Of a DNA stretch of 64,000 nucleotides, positions 55,891 through 63,720 are shown one piece after another. The stretch lies in the IMG/VR virus record IMGVR_UViG_3300047510_002062, positions 3,705 through 67,704 of that record. One strand, written 5' to 3'. The notes beneath the pieces are model-generated. The model searched no databases and had not been told where the DNA came from. It was given only the letters and a program-made list of their open reading frames with translations. Numbering within the stretch: position 1 is the stretch's first letter; every line of letters begins with the position of its first letter. This stretch comes from a virus. A program made the translations under genes and the position numbers.

Positions 55891-56572
55891 TCACCTTGTC
55901 AGAAACAAATTTTTTAATATACTTAATCAAAAGTTTGAAGTATTTTTTCTTATCATATTCTTCATACACTTTTAAATTTCCATCTCTACATGCCATAATA
56001 ATGACAAATTTATTGACGGAAAGACCTGTCAACTCATGTAACATACAAGCATATGCACAGCATTGAACAAAATAATCCTCAATCCACTCCCGTGGTTTTG
56101 GTTTTTTACTTGTTTTAAAGTCGATTATCGCTAATTCTGGTATACCTGATTCCCCAGTATATTCTGCTATGCAATCAGTTGTTCCTGCAATACCAAGTGT
56201 GGAACTATAAAGAGATCCTTCAAGAGTGTAAATATTATTTATATTATTTAAAGCAGGTACTGCAATCTGAAATAACATTTCGGACATAGGTAATACATCC
56301 GAATTACAATCCATATTTTTAAGATACTGTTCAGTCAATGTATGCATGTCAGTACCAATGGAAGTGGATTCTTTACAAATCCGATTTGCTTCCTTTTCCC
56401 CTACTCGTTCTCTCCATTCAGAAAACTTTTCCTTATTATAATGACTGGTGACAGAAGTGATCGACACCAGCCTTTGTAAGTTTTCATTTCCTGGAATTTT
56501 ATAATATCGAATGCCATCTATATGTTCCCTTACCATTCTAGGGAACTCCAAATCAAGGTGTGTGAATTTCAA
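55874..56572 (-). CDS. PD-(D/E)XK exonuclease
   Basis: SITSVT...GTDMH...IAGTTDCIAE...IIDFKTS...YFVQCCAY. Confidence 0.88.
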   Translation of the reverse strand: MKFTHLDLEFPRMVREHIDGIRYYKIPGNENLQRLVSITSVTSHYNKEKFSEWRERVGEKEANRICKESTSIGTDMHTLTEQYLKNMDCNSDVLPMSEMLFQIAVPALNNINNIYTLEGSLYSSTLGIAGTTDCIAEYTGESGIPELAIIDFKTSKKPKPREWIEDYFVQCCAYACMLHELTGLSVNKFVIIMACRDGNLKVYEEYDKKKYFKLLIKYIKKFVSDKVNDYGN

Positions 56573-57330
56573 AGGTCAAGCTCCGTTTTACAAGTTAAAT
56601 ACTCTTTTACAAATCCAGATCTTACAATATCTTCAACTTCAAAATGAACCATTTCTACTGAAGGCATAACTTGCAAAATCCTCATAAAGTCATGGATGCC
56701 ACTCTTTTCATACTGTTTAGTGAGATCACTTTGCTTGGTGTCACCACAGAACATAATCTTAGAGTTTTTACCAACCCTTGTAATTATACTATCAAGTTCA
56801 TGAAAATTCAAGTTTTGAAATTCATCTACAATAATGATGGCATTTTCAAAGGTAGTTCCACGAATAAAAGATGTTGACCAAAAACTAATTGTTCCTTGAG
56901 TTTTTAAATTTGAATATAACATTTCTTGTGCTGCTTCATCAGGAACATCAAACATCGCTTTCATCATATTCTTATAAGGAATTTGATAAAGGTCTGCCTT
57001 ATCATCATGAGTTCCTGGGAGGAATCCAATTTCTCTTGTTGGAACTAAAGATCTTACAAGATAGATTTTTTCATAAGGAGTCCTATCATCAAGAACATCA
57101 CAAAGAGCATTATAGATCGTGATAAATGTTTTTCCTGTTCCTGCCGCACCATAAGCAACTAAAGATTTATCATCATCATATAAAGTGAATAATCTTTCTT
57201 GATTATCGGTTAAGGGGTAAATGTCCTTTAAAAGATCTAAGCTAATAGGTTTTTTCCTTCTGAGTTGTTTTGGCGTAAGTCCCACACCTACTTGAGACTC
57301 TGGATTTCCCCTCTTCCTTCCTCTTGGCAT
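56569..57330 (-). CDS. phoH: PhoH-family ATPase
   Basis: GAAGTGKT, REIGFLPG, FIRGTTF, IVDEFQN, GDTKQSD, DIVRSG; start taken at the ATG at 57330 with AGAGGA RBS. Confidence 0.95.
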   Translation of the reverse strand: MPRGRKRGNPESQVGVGLTPKQLRRKKPISLDLLKDIYPLTDNQERLFTLYDDDKSLVAYGAAGTGKTFITIYNALCDVLDDRTPYEKIYLVRSLVPTREIGFLPGTHDDKADLYQIPYKNMMKAMFDVPDEAAQEMLYSNLKTQGTISFWSTSFIRGTTFENAIIIVDEFQNLNFHELDSIITRVGKNSKIMFCGDTKQSDLTKQYEKSGIHDFMRILQVMPSVEMVHFEVEDIVRSGFVKEYLTCKTELDL

Positions 57331-57340
57331 AAGATTTCCT

Positions 57341-57592
57341 CTAAAATTTAATGTTGTTTTTTGATCCAGCAGATTTTGCACTTTTTTTCAGCACATCATT
57401 CCATCCAGGATGAGTTTTTCCCATCTTATCTCGCCACTCTCCGACTTCTCCAGAACCTGGACAAGTGGAAGGATCTGACCAATCCCGATCCCAATCGGGA
57501 TTATCTTTTTTCCATTGATCCCAATCATGAACACTGAGAACGACTTCCTTCTGTTCCCCAGTTTCTCTGTTAATTACAGGATATGTTGCCAT
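57341..57592 (-). CDS. Conserved cyanophage hypothetical protein
   Basis: MATYPVINRETGEQKEV...WDQWKKDNPDWDRDWSDP...PGWNDVL. Confidence 0.8.
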   Translation of the reverse strand: MATYPVINRETGEQKEVVLSVHDWDQWKKDNPDWDRDWSDPSTCPGSGEVGEWRDKMGKTHPGWNDVLKKSAKSAGSKNNIKF

Positions 57593-57616
57593 AGTTTAAA
57601 ATAATGTGTATATTAT

Positions 57617-58252
57617 TTATTTCCATTCCAGTGCTTCTGCCACTGTGGGAAATTGTTCAACAAAAATGTTCTTACATTCATTTGCAATATCCATGTGTTC
57701 TTTCTGAGTTCCATGACCAGAACGCAGTTGAATATAATGAATCCAAGAACGACATGATCCACTCATATAAAGACGAGTAGGAGTCGCAAGTGGGAGAACA
57801 AAACGAGCACATTCTTTTGCAATGCCATCATCAAGCATAGATTGATACAAATTCATAGCATATTTAAAATGATCTTGCATCAACATTTGATATTTTTGAA
57901 CTACAAAGGGATCGATATCATCAATAGAATTTTGACGATTCTTTGTATCTTGACGACGAAGTTCTGGAACAGGGATAGTTTCACCAAGTAAAGAAGAATC
58001 TGCATACCTTTGAGAAAATTCTTGGTATGTAAAAGACCTATGACGAAGAATTTGTGCCGCAAGTCCCCTGGTAGTTTCAATCTCAAGGGTCATGAACGCT
58101 TGCTCAAAGACGCTCCAGTGTTGATGATTTACGCAATACTTGAGAAGACCCGCAACCTTTGGATTCTCTTGGTTAGAGGGGTTACTGACACGGGCAACGT
58201 AACCCATAGTTTTTTCTGCATCTGGAGTGACACTAATTAAACGAACATTCAT
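57617..58252 (-). CDS. thyX: FAD-dependent thymidylate synthase
   Basis: HWSVFE, QILRHRSFTYQEFSQRY signature, ECARFVLP, TQKEH. Confidence 0.96.
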   Translation of the reverse strand: MNVRLISVTPDAEKTMGYVARVSNPSNQENPKVAGLLKYCVNHQHWSVFEQAFMTLEIETTRGLAAQILRHRSFTYQEFSQRYADSSLLGETIPVPELRRQDTKNRQNSIDDIDPFVVQKYQMLMQDHFKYAMNLYQSMLDDGIAKECARFVLPLATPTRLYMSGSCRSWIHYIQLRSGHGTQKEHMDIANECKNIFVEQFPTVAEALEWK

Positions 58253-58473
58253 TCTTCAATCTCCCTTTTAAATTGCTTCCTAACTTTTTTAACTTCTTTC
58301 AATTCATCTTTAATTAGTTTGTATGCATCCTCAGGAGTAATTCTCCTAGACATTTCCATAGCAGTTATAACTTCCACCCTAGTTCCAAAGTGCTTGAGAG
58401 CTTCTTCAAATGAATTTAAATTTTCGTACATTTTAATTCCATCCATCGGGTTCGTAATATTCAACGTCATCAC
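58249..58473 (-). CDS. Conserved hypothetical protein (probable start MYENLNSFE)
   Basis: FEEALKHFGTRVEVITAME...EDAYKLIKDELK. Confidence 0.75.
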   Translation of the reverse strand: MMTLNITNPMDGIKMYENLNSFEEALKHFGTRVEVITAMEMSRRITPEDAYKLIKDELKEVKKVRKQFKREIEE

Positions 58474-58621
58474 TATCTTCTATGGGAAGTGATGAAAAAC
58501 TTTCAGTAACATTGAATTCTTTACCATTTAATTTATCTTTAATATCATCGAGCAACATTTTTTGCTCTTCCATCAGGAATTCAATTCTCTTTACTATGTT
58601 GCCAATATCTTGGAGTGCCAT
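58433..58621 (-). CDS. Hypothetical protein, 62 aa
   Basis: First ORF after the promoter at 58644-58672; acidic tail. Confidence 0.65.
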   Translation of the reverse strand: MALQDIGNIVKRIEFLMEEQKMLLDDIKDKLNGKEFNVTESFSSLPIEDSDDVEYYEPDGWN

Positions 58622-58643
58622 AATTCATAGAAACTACCATATC

Positions 58644-58672
58644 ATTTTACACAAAAAAAGTGGGGGTGTCAA
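58644..58672 (-). promoter_or_regulatory. sigma70-type promoter TTGACA-N17-TAAAAT embedded in a terminator
   Basis: The -35 lies in the hairpin loop, with a 17-nt spacer to TAAAAT. Confidence 0.65.
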
Positions 58673-58682
58673 GACCCCCACA
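58653..58682 (-). terminator. Rho-independent terminator
   Basis: GTGGGGGT-CTTGAC-ACCCCCAC followed by TTTTTTT. Confidence 0.85.
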
Positions 58683-58818
58683 TAGTTTTTTCTAACCATT
58701 CGATCATTGTAATTTCATAACATGACCAATATTTTACTCCCCTGTAAGTGCATAGATAACAAGCTGGTTTTCGGTCATCAAATTGAATGTAATGATATCT
58801 AACGTTATTATCGGACAC
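58669..58818 (-). CDS. Small peptide with DUF4278-like YRGVKY motif (49 aa from GTG; start uncertain)
   Basis: Manual translation (M)SDNNVRYHYIQFDDRKPACYLCTYRGVKYWSCYEITMIEWLEKTMWGS. Confidence 0.6.
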   Translation of the reverse strand: MSDNNVRYHYIQFDDRKPACYLCTYRGVKYWSCYEITMIEWLEKTMWGS

Positions 58819-58858
58819 TTCGCATAACGAATTATTTACTTTTTTTGATTGAACCAGT

Positions 58859-58990
58859 TCATTTTTTTGATACCTCGCAGTGTCCTGCCATGCAGAGTTG
58901 TGCTTTATGTAACTTCTCTTCTTTTTGTTTCTTCTCTTTAATCAATTGAAGAGCATTAAAAACATTAGTTGTTTTTGTTGCGACAGTCAT
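58859..58990 (-). CDS. Small basic peptide, 43 aa, directly downstream of the riboswitch
   Basis: MTVATKTTNVFNALQLIKEKKQKEEKLHKAQLCMAGHCEVSKK; AGGAG RBS 7 nt before the ATG. Confidence 0.7.
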   Translation of the reverse strand: MTVATKTTNVFNALQLIKEKKQKEEKLHKAQLCMAGHCEVSKK

Positions 58991-59026
58991 AATAATACTC
59001 CTAAAGTAATAAGGTTTACTGTTGTA

Positions 59027-59255
59027 ATCCCGTTCCTTCAGTCGGCTTTTGCGTCTATTTTACACTCCTTTGGAGATATTTGCTTTACTTCCCAAACCAA
59101 ATCATTTTTAATTTGTTTTGGTAGGGGATGAGCATTTACCCTAGAAACTATCAATTGTGCTTGTAAGCAAGTTAGTATGAGTGCTTCCATAGATGAACGA
59201 TCCGTTCCGAGTCGGCTTACTTGCGTTCGCTATTTGCGAATAGCGAATGAACGAC
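59027..59255 (-). ncRNA. Tandem glutamine (glnA-class) riboswitch-like aptamers
   Basis: GTCGTTCA-[TTCGCTATT-CGCA-AATAGCGAA]-CGCAAGTAAGCCGACTCGGAACGG, then ATCGTTCA-TCTAT...ATAGA-CGCAAAAGCCGACTGAAGGAACGGGAT. This matches the CGTTCA..ACG.AAGTA..GAAGGAACG consensus as recalled. Confidence 0.75.
59038..59190 (-). CDS. 50-aa ORF nested within the second aptamer
   Basis: MEALILTCLQAQLIVSRVNAHPLPKQIKNDLVWEVKQISPKECKIDAKAD*; ATG in the P2 5' strand, TGA in the GACTGAAGGAACG segment. Confidence 0.65.
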   Translation of the reverse strand: MEALILTCLQAQLIVSRVNAHPLPKQIKNDLVWEVKQISPKECKIDAKAD

Positions 59256-59261
59256 TGGTAT

Positions 59262-59290
59262 ATCATACCAAAAATATTTATTGATGTCAA
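59262..59290 (-). promoter_or_regulatory. sigma70-type promoter TTGACA-N17-TATGAT, with late-type AATAAATA in the spacer
   Basis: Predicted +1 at about 59255 coincides with the first base of aptamer 1. Confidence 0.8.
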
Positions 59291-59292
59291 GT

Positions 59293-59308
59293 TGTATAAT
59301 GTGATACA
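59293..59308. promoter_or_regulatory. Putative NtcA binding site TGTA-N8-TACA
   Basis: tGTAtaatgtgaTACa, perfect palindromic consensus abutting the -35. Confidence 0.6.
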
Positions 59309-59311
59309 TTT

Positions 59312-59515
59312 TTAAATTTCTTTATCTTTTAAATATTCATCCATCAATTCTTGAATGATATCTTTTCTTCCATCAATCTTATTAACTACGTGTAGATTAG
59401 ATTTTCTAAATTTTCTAAGTTTTTTATATTTTTTAATGAGTTTTGCCACCTCATCTTCTCTTATAATCGAGTTCAATTTCTGCTCTAATTCAGACTCTTT
59501 TTTAAATCCACTCAT
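59312..59515 (-). CDS. Hypothetical basic protein, 67 aa
   Basis: Overlaps the upstream gene by ATGA; operon context. Confidence 0.7.
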   Translation of the reverse strand: MSGFKKESELEQKLNSIIREDEVAKLIKKYKKLRKFRKSNLHVVNKIDGRKDIIQELMDEYLKDKEI

Positions 59516-59826
59516 TTTTTCTTATTCTCATCTTTATTTTTGGATTGATATCCCCACATTTTTGGACTTACTGTCCCATATCCCCAATCAATATGTTCGA
59601 TCACTTCCTTACCAAATTTATCATAATAAAGATCAAACACTTTAGATCTTGTACCTTGACATAAATCTCTATAAACTTGTCCATCAAGTCTATATCTTAT
59701 AATATAAGCATTATTTGGCCAAGATTTATCTTTAAGTTGATCCATTGTTGCCCGTTCCAAAAGAATGCGGCATCCATATTTTGGAGGTAGATTTTGTTTT
59801 TCGTCTGAAGACCAACCGTCTGTCAT
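59512..59826 (-). CDS. Conserved cyanophage hypothetical protein
   Basis: KVFDLYYDKFG...IDWGYGTVSPKMWG; GAGG RBS. Confidence 0.8.
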   Translation of the reverse strand: MTDGWSSDEKQNLPPKYGCRILLERATMDQLKDKSWPNNAYIIRYRLDGQVYRDLCQGTRSKVFDLYYDKFGKEVIEHIDWGYGTVSPKMWGYQSKNKDENKKK

Positions 59827-59847
59827 TTAATATACCTCAATATATTA

Positions 59848-60480
59848 TCAATTACCAGGTCCTCTGCCACCCCATGTAATTTCTGGATATGCCTGAGAAA
59901 CAAGTTCTTGTGTTATTTTATATTTATCTTGAAGTCTTTTATCCTTAATAAGAACCATAATTTCCGCCTCAAGAGGATGAAGTCCACGGAGCATATTGAT
60001 ATACATGGTTTCTTTTCTTAATTTAGAAACTCTATTGTTTCCACCTTCACAAAAAATATAAAAGTTTTGATACTCTTTACGGATAGAGGTTTTATTTTTT
60101 TCTTCTACAAAATCCTCAGTTCCATAATAACCACTGCTCTTAAGTCCATCATTCTTTGCTTTACTATTAATCAGATCAGTTAAGTTTCCACCAACTGAGG
60201 TTTGCTCATCTGTATCCGCATAAGGAACATCACCTGGAGGTAATACAGAACGAACACTCTGATCAAAATTCATAATCAGAATAGTAATTAATGCTGGATT
60301 TTTATATGCTTGAAGAACCTCAATCTTTCTTCCATTCGTCCTCTGCTTAGATACCGCAGAAAGAATTTCATGCATGAATGGATTTGGTTGAAGTTGAGGA
60401 ATAGTCCAAGAATCATTCTCGGTCTTCGTCGTCCTCTTCGTCGTATTCGTAGTTTTCGTAGTAGTCGCCATAGTTATCAA
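59848..60480 (-). CDS. Conserved T4-like hypothetical protein (DUF6433-like; probable start MATTTK at 60471)
   Basis: LPPGDVPY...RKETMYINMLRGLHPLEAEI...KDKRL...YKIT. Confidence 0.8.
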   Translation of the reverse strand: MITMATTTKTTNTTKRTTKTENDSWTIPQLQPNPFMHEILSAVSKQRTNGRKIEVLQAYKNPALITILIMNFDQSVRSVLPPGDVPYADTDEQTSVGGNLTDLINSKAKNDGLKSSGYYGTEDFVEEKNKTSIRKEYQNFYIFCEGGNNRVSKLRKETMYINMLRGLHPLEAEIMVLIKDKRLQDKYKITQELVSQAYPEITWGGRGPGN

Positions 60481-60673
60481 CTCTCAAAGATACAATTTTA
60501 TCAGGTATAAATTCACCATTTTCATCTAGACATTCTGGGTGAATATTATAAGGTAATTTAAAAATTTTAGTGTCTAGATATTGTTTTGCATTCCACCCAA
60601 TCAAACCCCCAAGGACAAAAAACATTAAGGTCATCATTACCGAAAATGCTACGATAAAGGGTGTTGCTTCCAT
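60413..60673 (-). CDS. Small membrane protein
   Basis: N-terminal hydrophobic helix, HPECLDENG motif, acidic tail; GGGGGAAGG upstream. Confidence 0.75.
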   Translation of the reverse strand: MEATPFIVAFSVMMTLMFFVLGGLIGWNAKQYLDTKIFKLPYNIHPECLDENGEFIPDKIVSLRVDNYGDYYENYEYDEEDDEDRE

Positions 60674-60686
60674 GATCCTTCCCCCC

Positions 60687-60899
60687 CTAGAGATTTATTT
60701 TTTTGACATTCAGATTAAAACTGAAATCTATGTGAATCTCCCGCTTAAAAAGAGAGATCATTTTACCAAAACAAAATGAAAATGTTTTTGGTTCTGGTAG
60801 TTCCTCCCTTCTACTATTCTGTCGTAACATCAATTCAAAACCACGATTTATATGTGGTTCTGATTTATTTAGACTATTTCTTTTATGGTTTCGACTCAT
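60687..60899 (-). CDS. Conserved hypothetical protein
   Basis: INRGFELMLR...FKREIHI. Confidence 0.7.
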   Translation of the reverse strand: MSRNHKRNSLNKSEPHINRGFELMLRQNSRREELPEPKTFSFCFGKMISLFKREIHIDFSFNLNVKKINL

Positions 60900-60903
60900 A
60901 AAA

Positions 60904-61155
60904 TCATGTAATTATATTTTGTTGTCTTAAAAATTTAACAGTTTCTATACATCCCCCGAGATAAACATCACCAACAGAGTCATGTAAGATTATTTGAGGA
61001 AAAGGAGTTTGTGAACTAAACATGGAAACATATTCACCAATAGTGAAATCTTCATCTAAGGTTTTAATTGTATGTTCTTGATTAGAAAGTTCAAGAACTT
61101 TTCTAATCTTATCGCAATAAGGACATCCTGTTTTTGAATATACTGTGAATTTCAT
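60904..61155 (-). CDS. Glutaredoxin (NrdC/NrdH-like)
   Basis: TVYSKTGCPYCDK...PFPQI...LGGC; start taken at MKFTVYSK. Confidence 0.9.
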   Translation of the reverse strand: MKFTVYSKTGCPYCDKIRKVLELSNQEHTIKTLDEDFTIGEYVSMFSSQTPFPQIILHDSVGDVYLGGCIETVKFLRQQNIIT

Positions 61156-61202
61156 AATAGTCATAAATCCAGTTCTCATCTTAGCACACAAAGCAAAAAA
61201 TA

Positions 61203-63488
61203 TCAAATACGTCTTAATTCAATTGGACTTTCATATTTTCCAGTTTTTCTCCAGAAATCCAAAGTATTATTAAAAGAGTCTACGTGAGCCCAGTTAACAT
61301 CACCATTTCTAATTCCAGCAGAATTAAAATAACTTGCTTTACAATTTTGAATATCCTCAACAAATAATGGGCAACAATAAACACTTGTTACATTAGAATA
61401 AACTATTGTTTCAATGACTGGAATTCTAGCCCATTCTGGTCTAACTAGATTATCCATACCCACATAATCTAAAGTAAAAATATCATCTTTGTAGTATGCT
61501 TCTATTAATTTTTCAGCATGTTCTCTACTTATTAAATAAGCAACTCCAGACCAATCACACCAACATCTATTTCTAAACCCAACATCAAACATGTGATAAT
61601 CTTCTCTAAGAATACCCAATTGTACGCATCCCCAATCATCTGGAAGTGAATTAAAAAATTCATCCCAAGTAAACTTCCAATATTTTACAGTTTGAAACCC
61701 CAAATCATCTTCGCAAATTATAGTGTAAGGTTCATCGGTAGTTTCATACCATGTTCTTATAGTTTTTAAATGAGAAGTAACAGGTCCATAACTTCCAATA
61801 TTTAATCTATGAAGTAATTTTGATTCAATGATACAATCTCCTTCTTTATATCTTTCATATATGTGAGGGGTAAATTTTTCTATTCCATGATCTTCAAATT
61901 TTTTATGAAGAAGTTCTCTTCTTTCTTCACATTCTTTTACACTTATATAATTTACAGATGGAAAATTTTCAAATTTATATTTTTCGTCTTTTGGTAATTG
62001 ATGAATAAAGCAAAGTTCACTTTGTTCAAAATCTTCAATAGTTTCATTAACTGCTTTTTTCACTCCAGGAAACCAATCGTACTGATCTTCTGGGTAATAA
62101 TCATGTCCTGCTAAAATTCCTCCCGGTTTTACTTTTGGCATCCAGTCTTCTATATCTCTTTTTACATCTTCATATTCATGAGAAGCATCTAGAAATACAA
62201 ATTTCAAAGTTCCGTCTTTAAATTTTTTAGACGCTTCAGTTGAAGTTAATTTTAATGGGAGATAATATTCTTCCACTGGAACCATATTTCTCAAAAATGT
62301 TTCATATAATGTCGGTAAAGATTCTTTTTCAGCACTTTCCATATGCTCTACACTACCTTCCCAGGTATCTACTGCATAAAGAGTAATATCTTTTTTGGAA
62401 TTTGCTATTTCTACTGCCAAGCAAGAAGTTGATCTCCCCTTCCAAGAACCAACCTCAACAAAAATATCACCATCTTCTGCAGATTTAACAATATCTTTAT
62501 ATAGATTTGGATAGGAAAACCAATTTTCTCCAAAAATTTCATCATTTTGCCAATAATGCTGAATCATTTTTTCCTCCCCAATAGTTGAAATGTTTTTTCT
62601 TTCAGATTTTTGTAGGCATTCATCAACTTTATCTCTAATTTCCCCAACTCGATTTTTCCACCATTCAACTAATTCATCTTGTTGCTTTTGCAATTTGTTT
62701 TTATTAAAGAGTAAAGATCTTACTTTATGCACAACATCATGCCATGAAGATCCAAATATCCATGGGGGATTTTTTTCATACTTGAAAGTTAATTCTATCT
62801 CATCTTGTGTCCCAACAAGACAAGGAATAGCACCACACTGACTTGCTTCGTATAGTCTATAACAGTCTAAAGTACTATTTCCTCTGCCACAGGGGACAAA
62901 ATTTGCATTCAAATATCTTTCAATCATATCATCTTTCAAAACTTGCAACCCATATGATTGAAATGGTATGTTTGAAAATAGTTGGAGCATATCCCATCTA
63001 TCTTGCTTTATCTCTCCAACCCAAGCCCAATTATATTTTTTATCTACAGTTCTCGGTGGTTTATTCAGTCCTTCTGGAAGTATATCCATAAATTCCAAAC
63101 CAGCGTTATTAGTATAACCCAATGGAATATGAATTGTGTTATCTAGATAAGTATAACCTTTATGGTGATATTCTCTGAGGTACAGGTTACAATATTTGGC
63201 AAGAATATTAAAATGGTTTAAATCTTCTTCTTTATATTCATCAGATAACTGAATTATGATTTTTGGATTTAATGATTTCACAACATCCAAAATATCATTA
63301 AATTTATGTTTCCTACAATTAAAAACAAAAATATCCCAGAATCCTATCTGGGACATTGTTTCCATATCATCTGAATATGCGGCTATTTTAGTATATTTGT
63401 TAGGTATTAAAGTGTTAATTATGTAATCACTTTCCCATATTTTTTCTTTATCCGAAGCAAAAAATAAGACTTTAATTTCTTCACTCAT
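61203..63488 (-). CDS. Three-domain fusion: exostosin/GT47-like, class I SAM methyltransferase, GT25-like glycosyltransferase
   Basis: FVPCGRGN..DCYRLYEASQCGAIP; VEVGSWKGRS..VDTW..FLDASH..GGILAGHDY; ERRE..SHLK..ICEDD..AYLISRE. Confidence 0.8.
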   Translation of the reverse strand: MSEEIKVLFFASDKEKIWESDYIINTLIPNKYTKIAAYSDDMETMSQIGFWDIFVFNCRKHKFNDILDVVKSLNPKIIIQLSDEYKEEDLNHFNILAKYCNLYLREYHHKGYTYLDNTIHIPLGYTNNAGLEFMDILPEGLNKPPRTVDKKYNWAWVGEIKQDRWDMLQLFSNIPFQSYGLQVLKDDMIERYLNANFVPCGRGNSTLDCYRLYEASQCGAIPCLVGTQDEIELTFKYEKNPPWIFGSSWHDVVHKVRSLLFNKNKLQKQQDELVEWWKNRVGEIRDKVDECLQKSERKNISTIGEEKMIQHYWQNDEIFGENWFSYPNLYKDIVKSAEDGDIFVEVGSWKGRSTSCLAVEIANSKKDITLYAVDTWEGSVEHMESAEKESLPTLYETFLRNMVPVEEYYLPLKLTSTEASKKFKDGTLKFVFLDASHEYEDVKRDIEDWMPKVKPGGILAGHDYYPEDQYDWFPGVKKAVNETIEDFEQSELCFIHQLPKDEKYKFENFPSVNYISVKECEERRELLHKKFEDHGIEKFTPHIYERYKEGDCIIESKLLHRLNIGSYGPVTSHLKTIRTWYETTDEPYTIICEDDLGFQTVKYWKFTWDEFFNSLPDDWGCVQLGILREDYHMFDVGFRNRCWCDWSGVAYLISREHAEKLIEAYYKDDIFTLDYVGMDNLVRPEWARIPVIETIVYSNVTSVYCCPLFVEDIQNCKASYFNSAGIRNGDVNWAHVDSFNNTLDFWRKTGKYESPIELRRI

Positions 63489-63521
63489 TGTAAAGTCACT
63501 TTATTAATTTGATATATTTAT

Positions 63522-63614
63522 TTAACTTGGATAAGCGTTTTTCAATCCCCAAACTAAGAAAAATATAATTAAAAAAAATGTAATGAATGTGCTTAGTGCC
63601 AGATTATTGGACAT
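63522..63614 (-). CDS. Tiny single-TM protein, 30 aa (MSNNLALSTFITFFLIIFFLVWGLKNAYPS)
   Basis: Manual ORF in the intergenic gap; a single hydrophobic helix. Confidence 0.5.
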   Translation of the reverse strand: MSNNLALSTFITFFLIIFFLVWGLKNAYPS

Positions 63615-63720
63615 TGAAGATTCCCAAAAAGAACAGTTAATAAGTAAAAAGACTCATCACCAGTATATAGTATAAAGTCTTAAAAAAAATCAAAAAAAAG
63701 TTAGGGAATCCTAATAGAAA

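Noticed and set aside
55874-56572. Cas4/CRISPR association of the exonuclease
   Set aside because: No Fe-S cysteine pattern, array or other cas genes. This is the usual nuclease next to phoH.
63692-63714. Possible terminator TTAGG-ATTC-CCTAA plus T-run after rimK
   Set aside because: A weak AT-rich 5-bp stem; plausible but not well supported.
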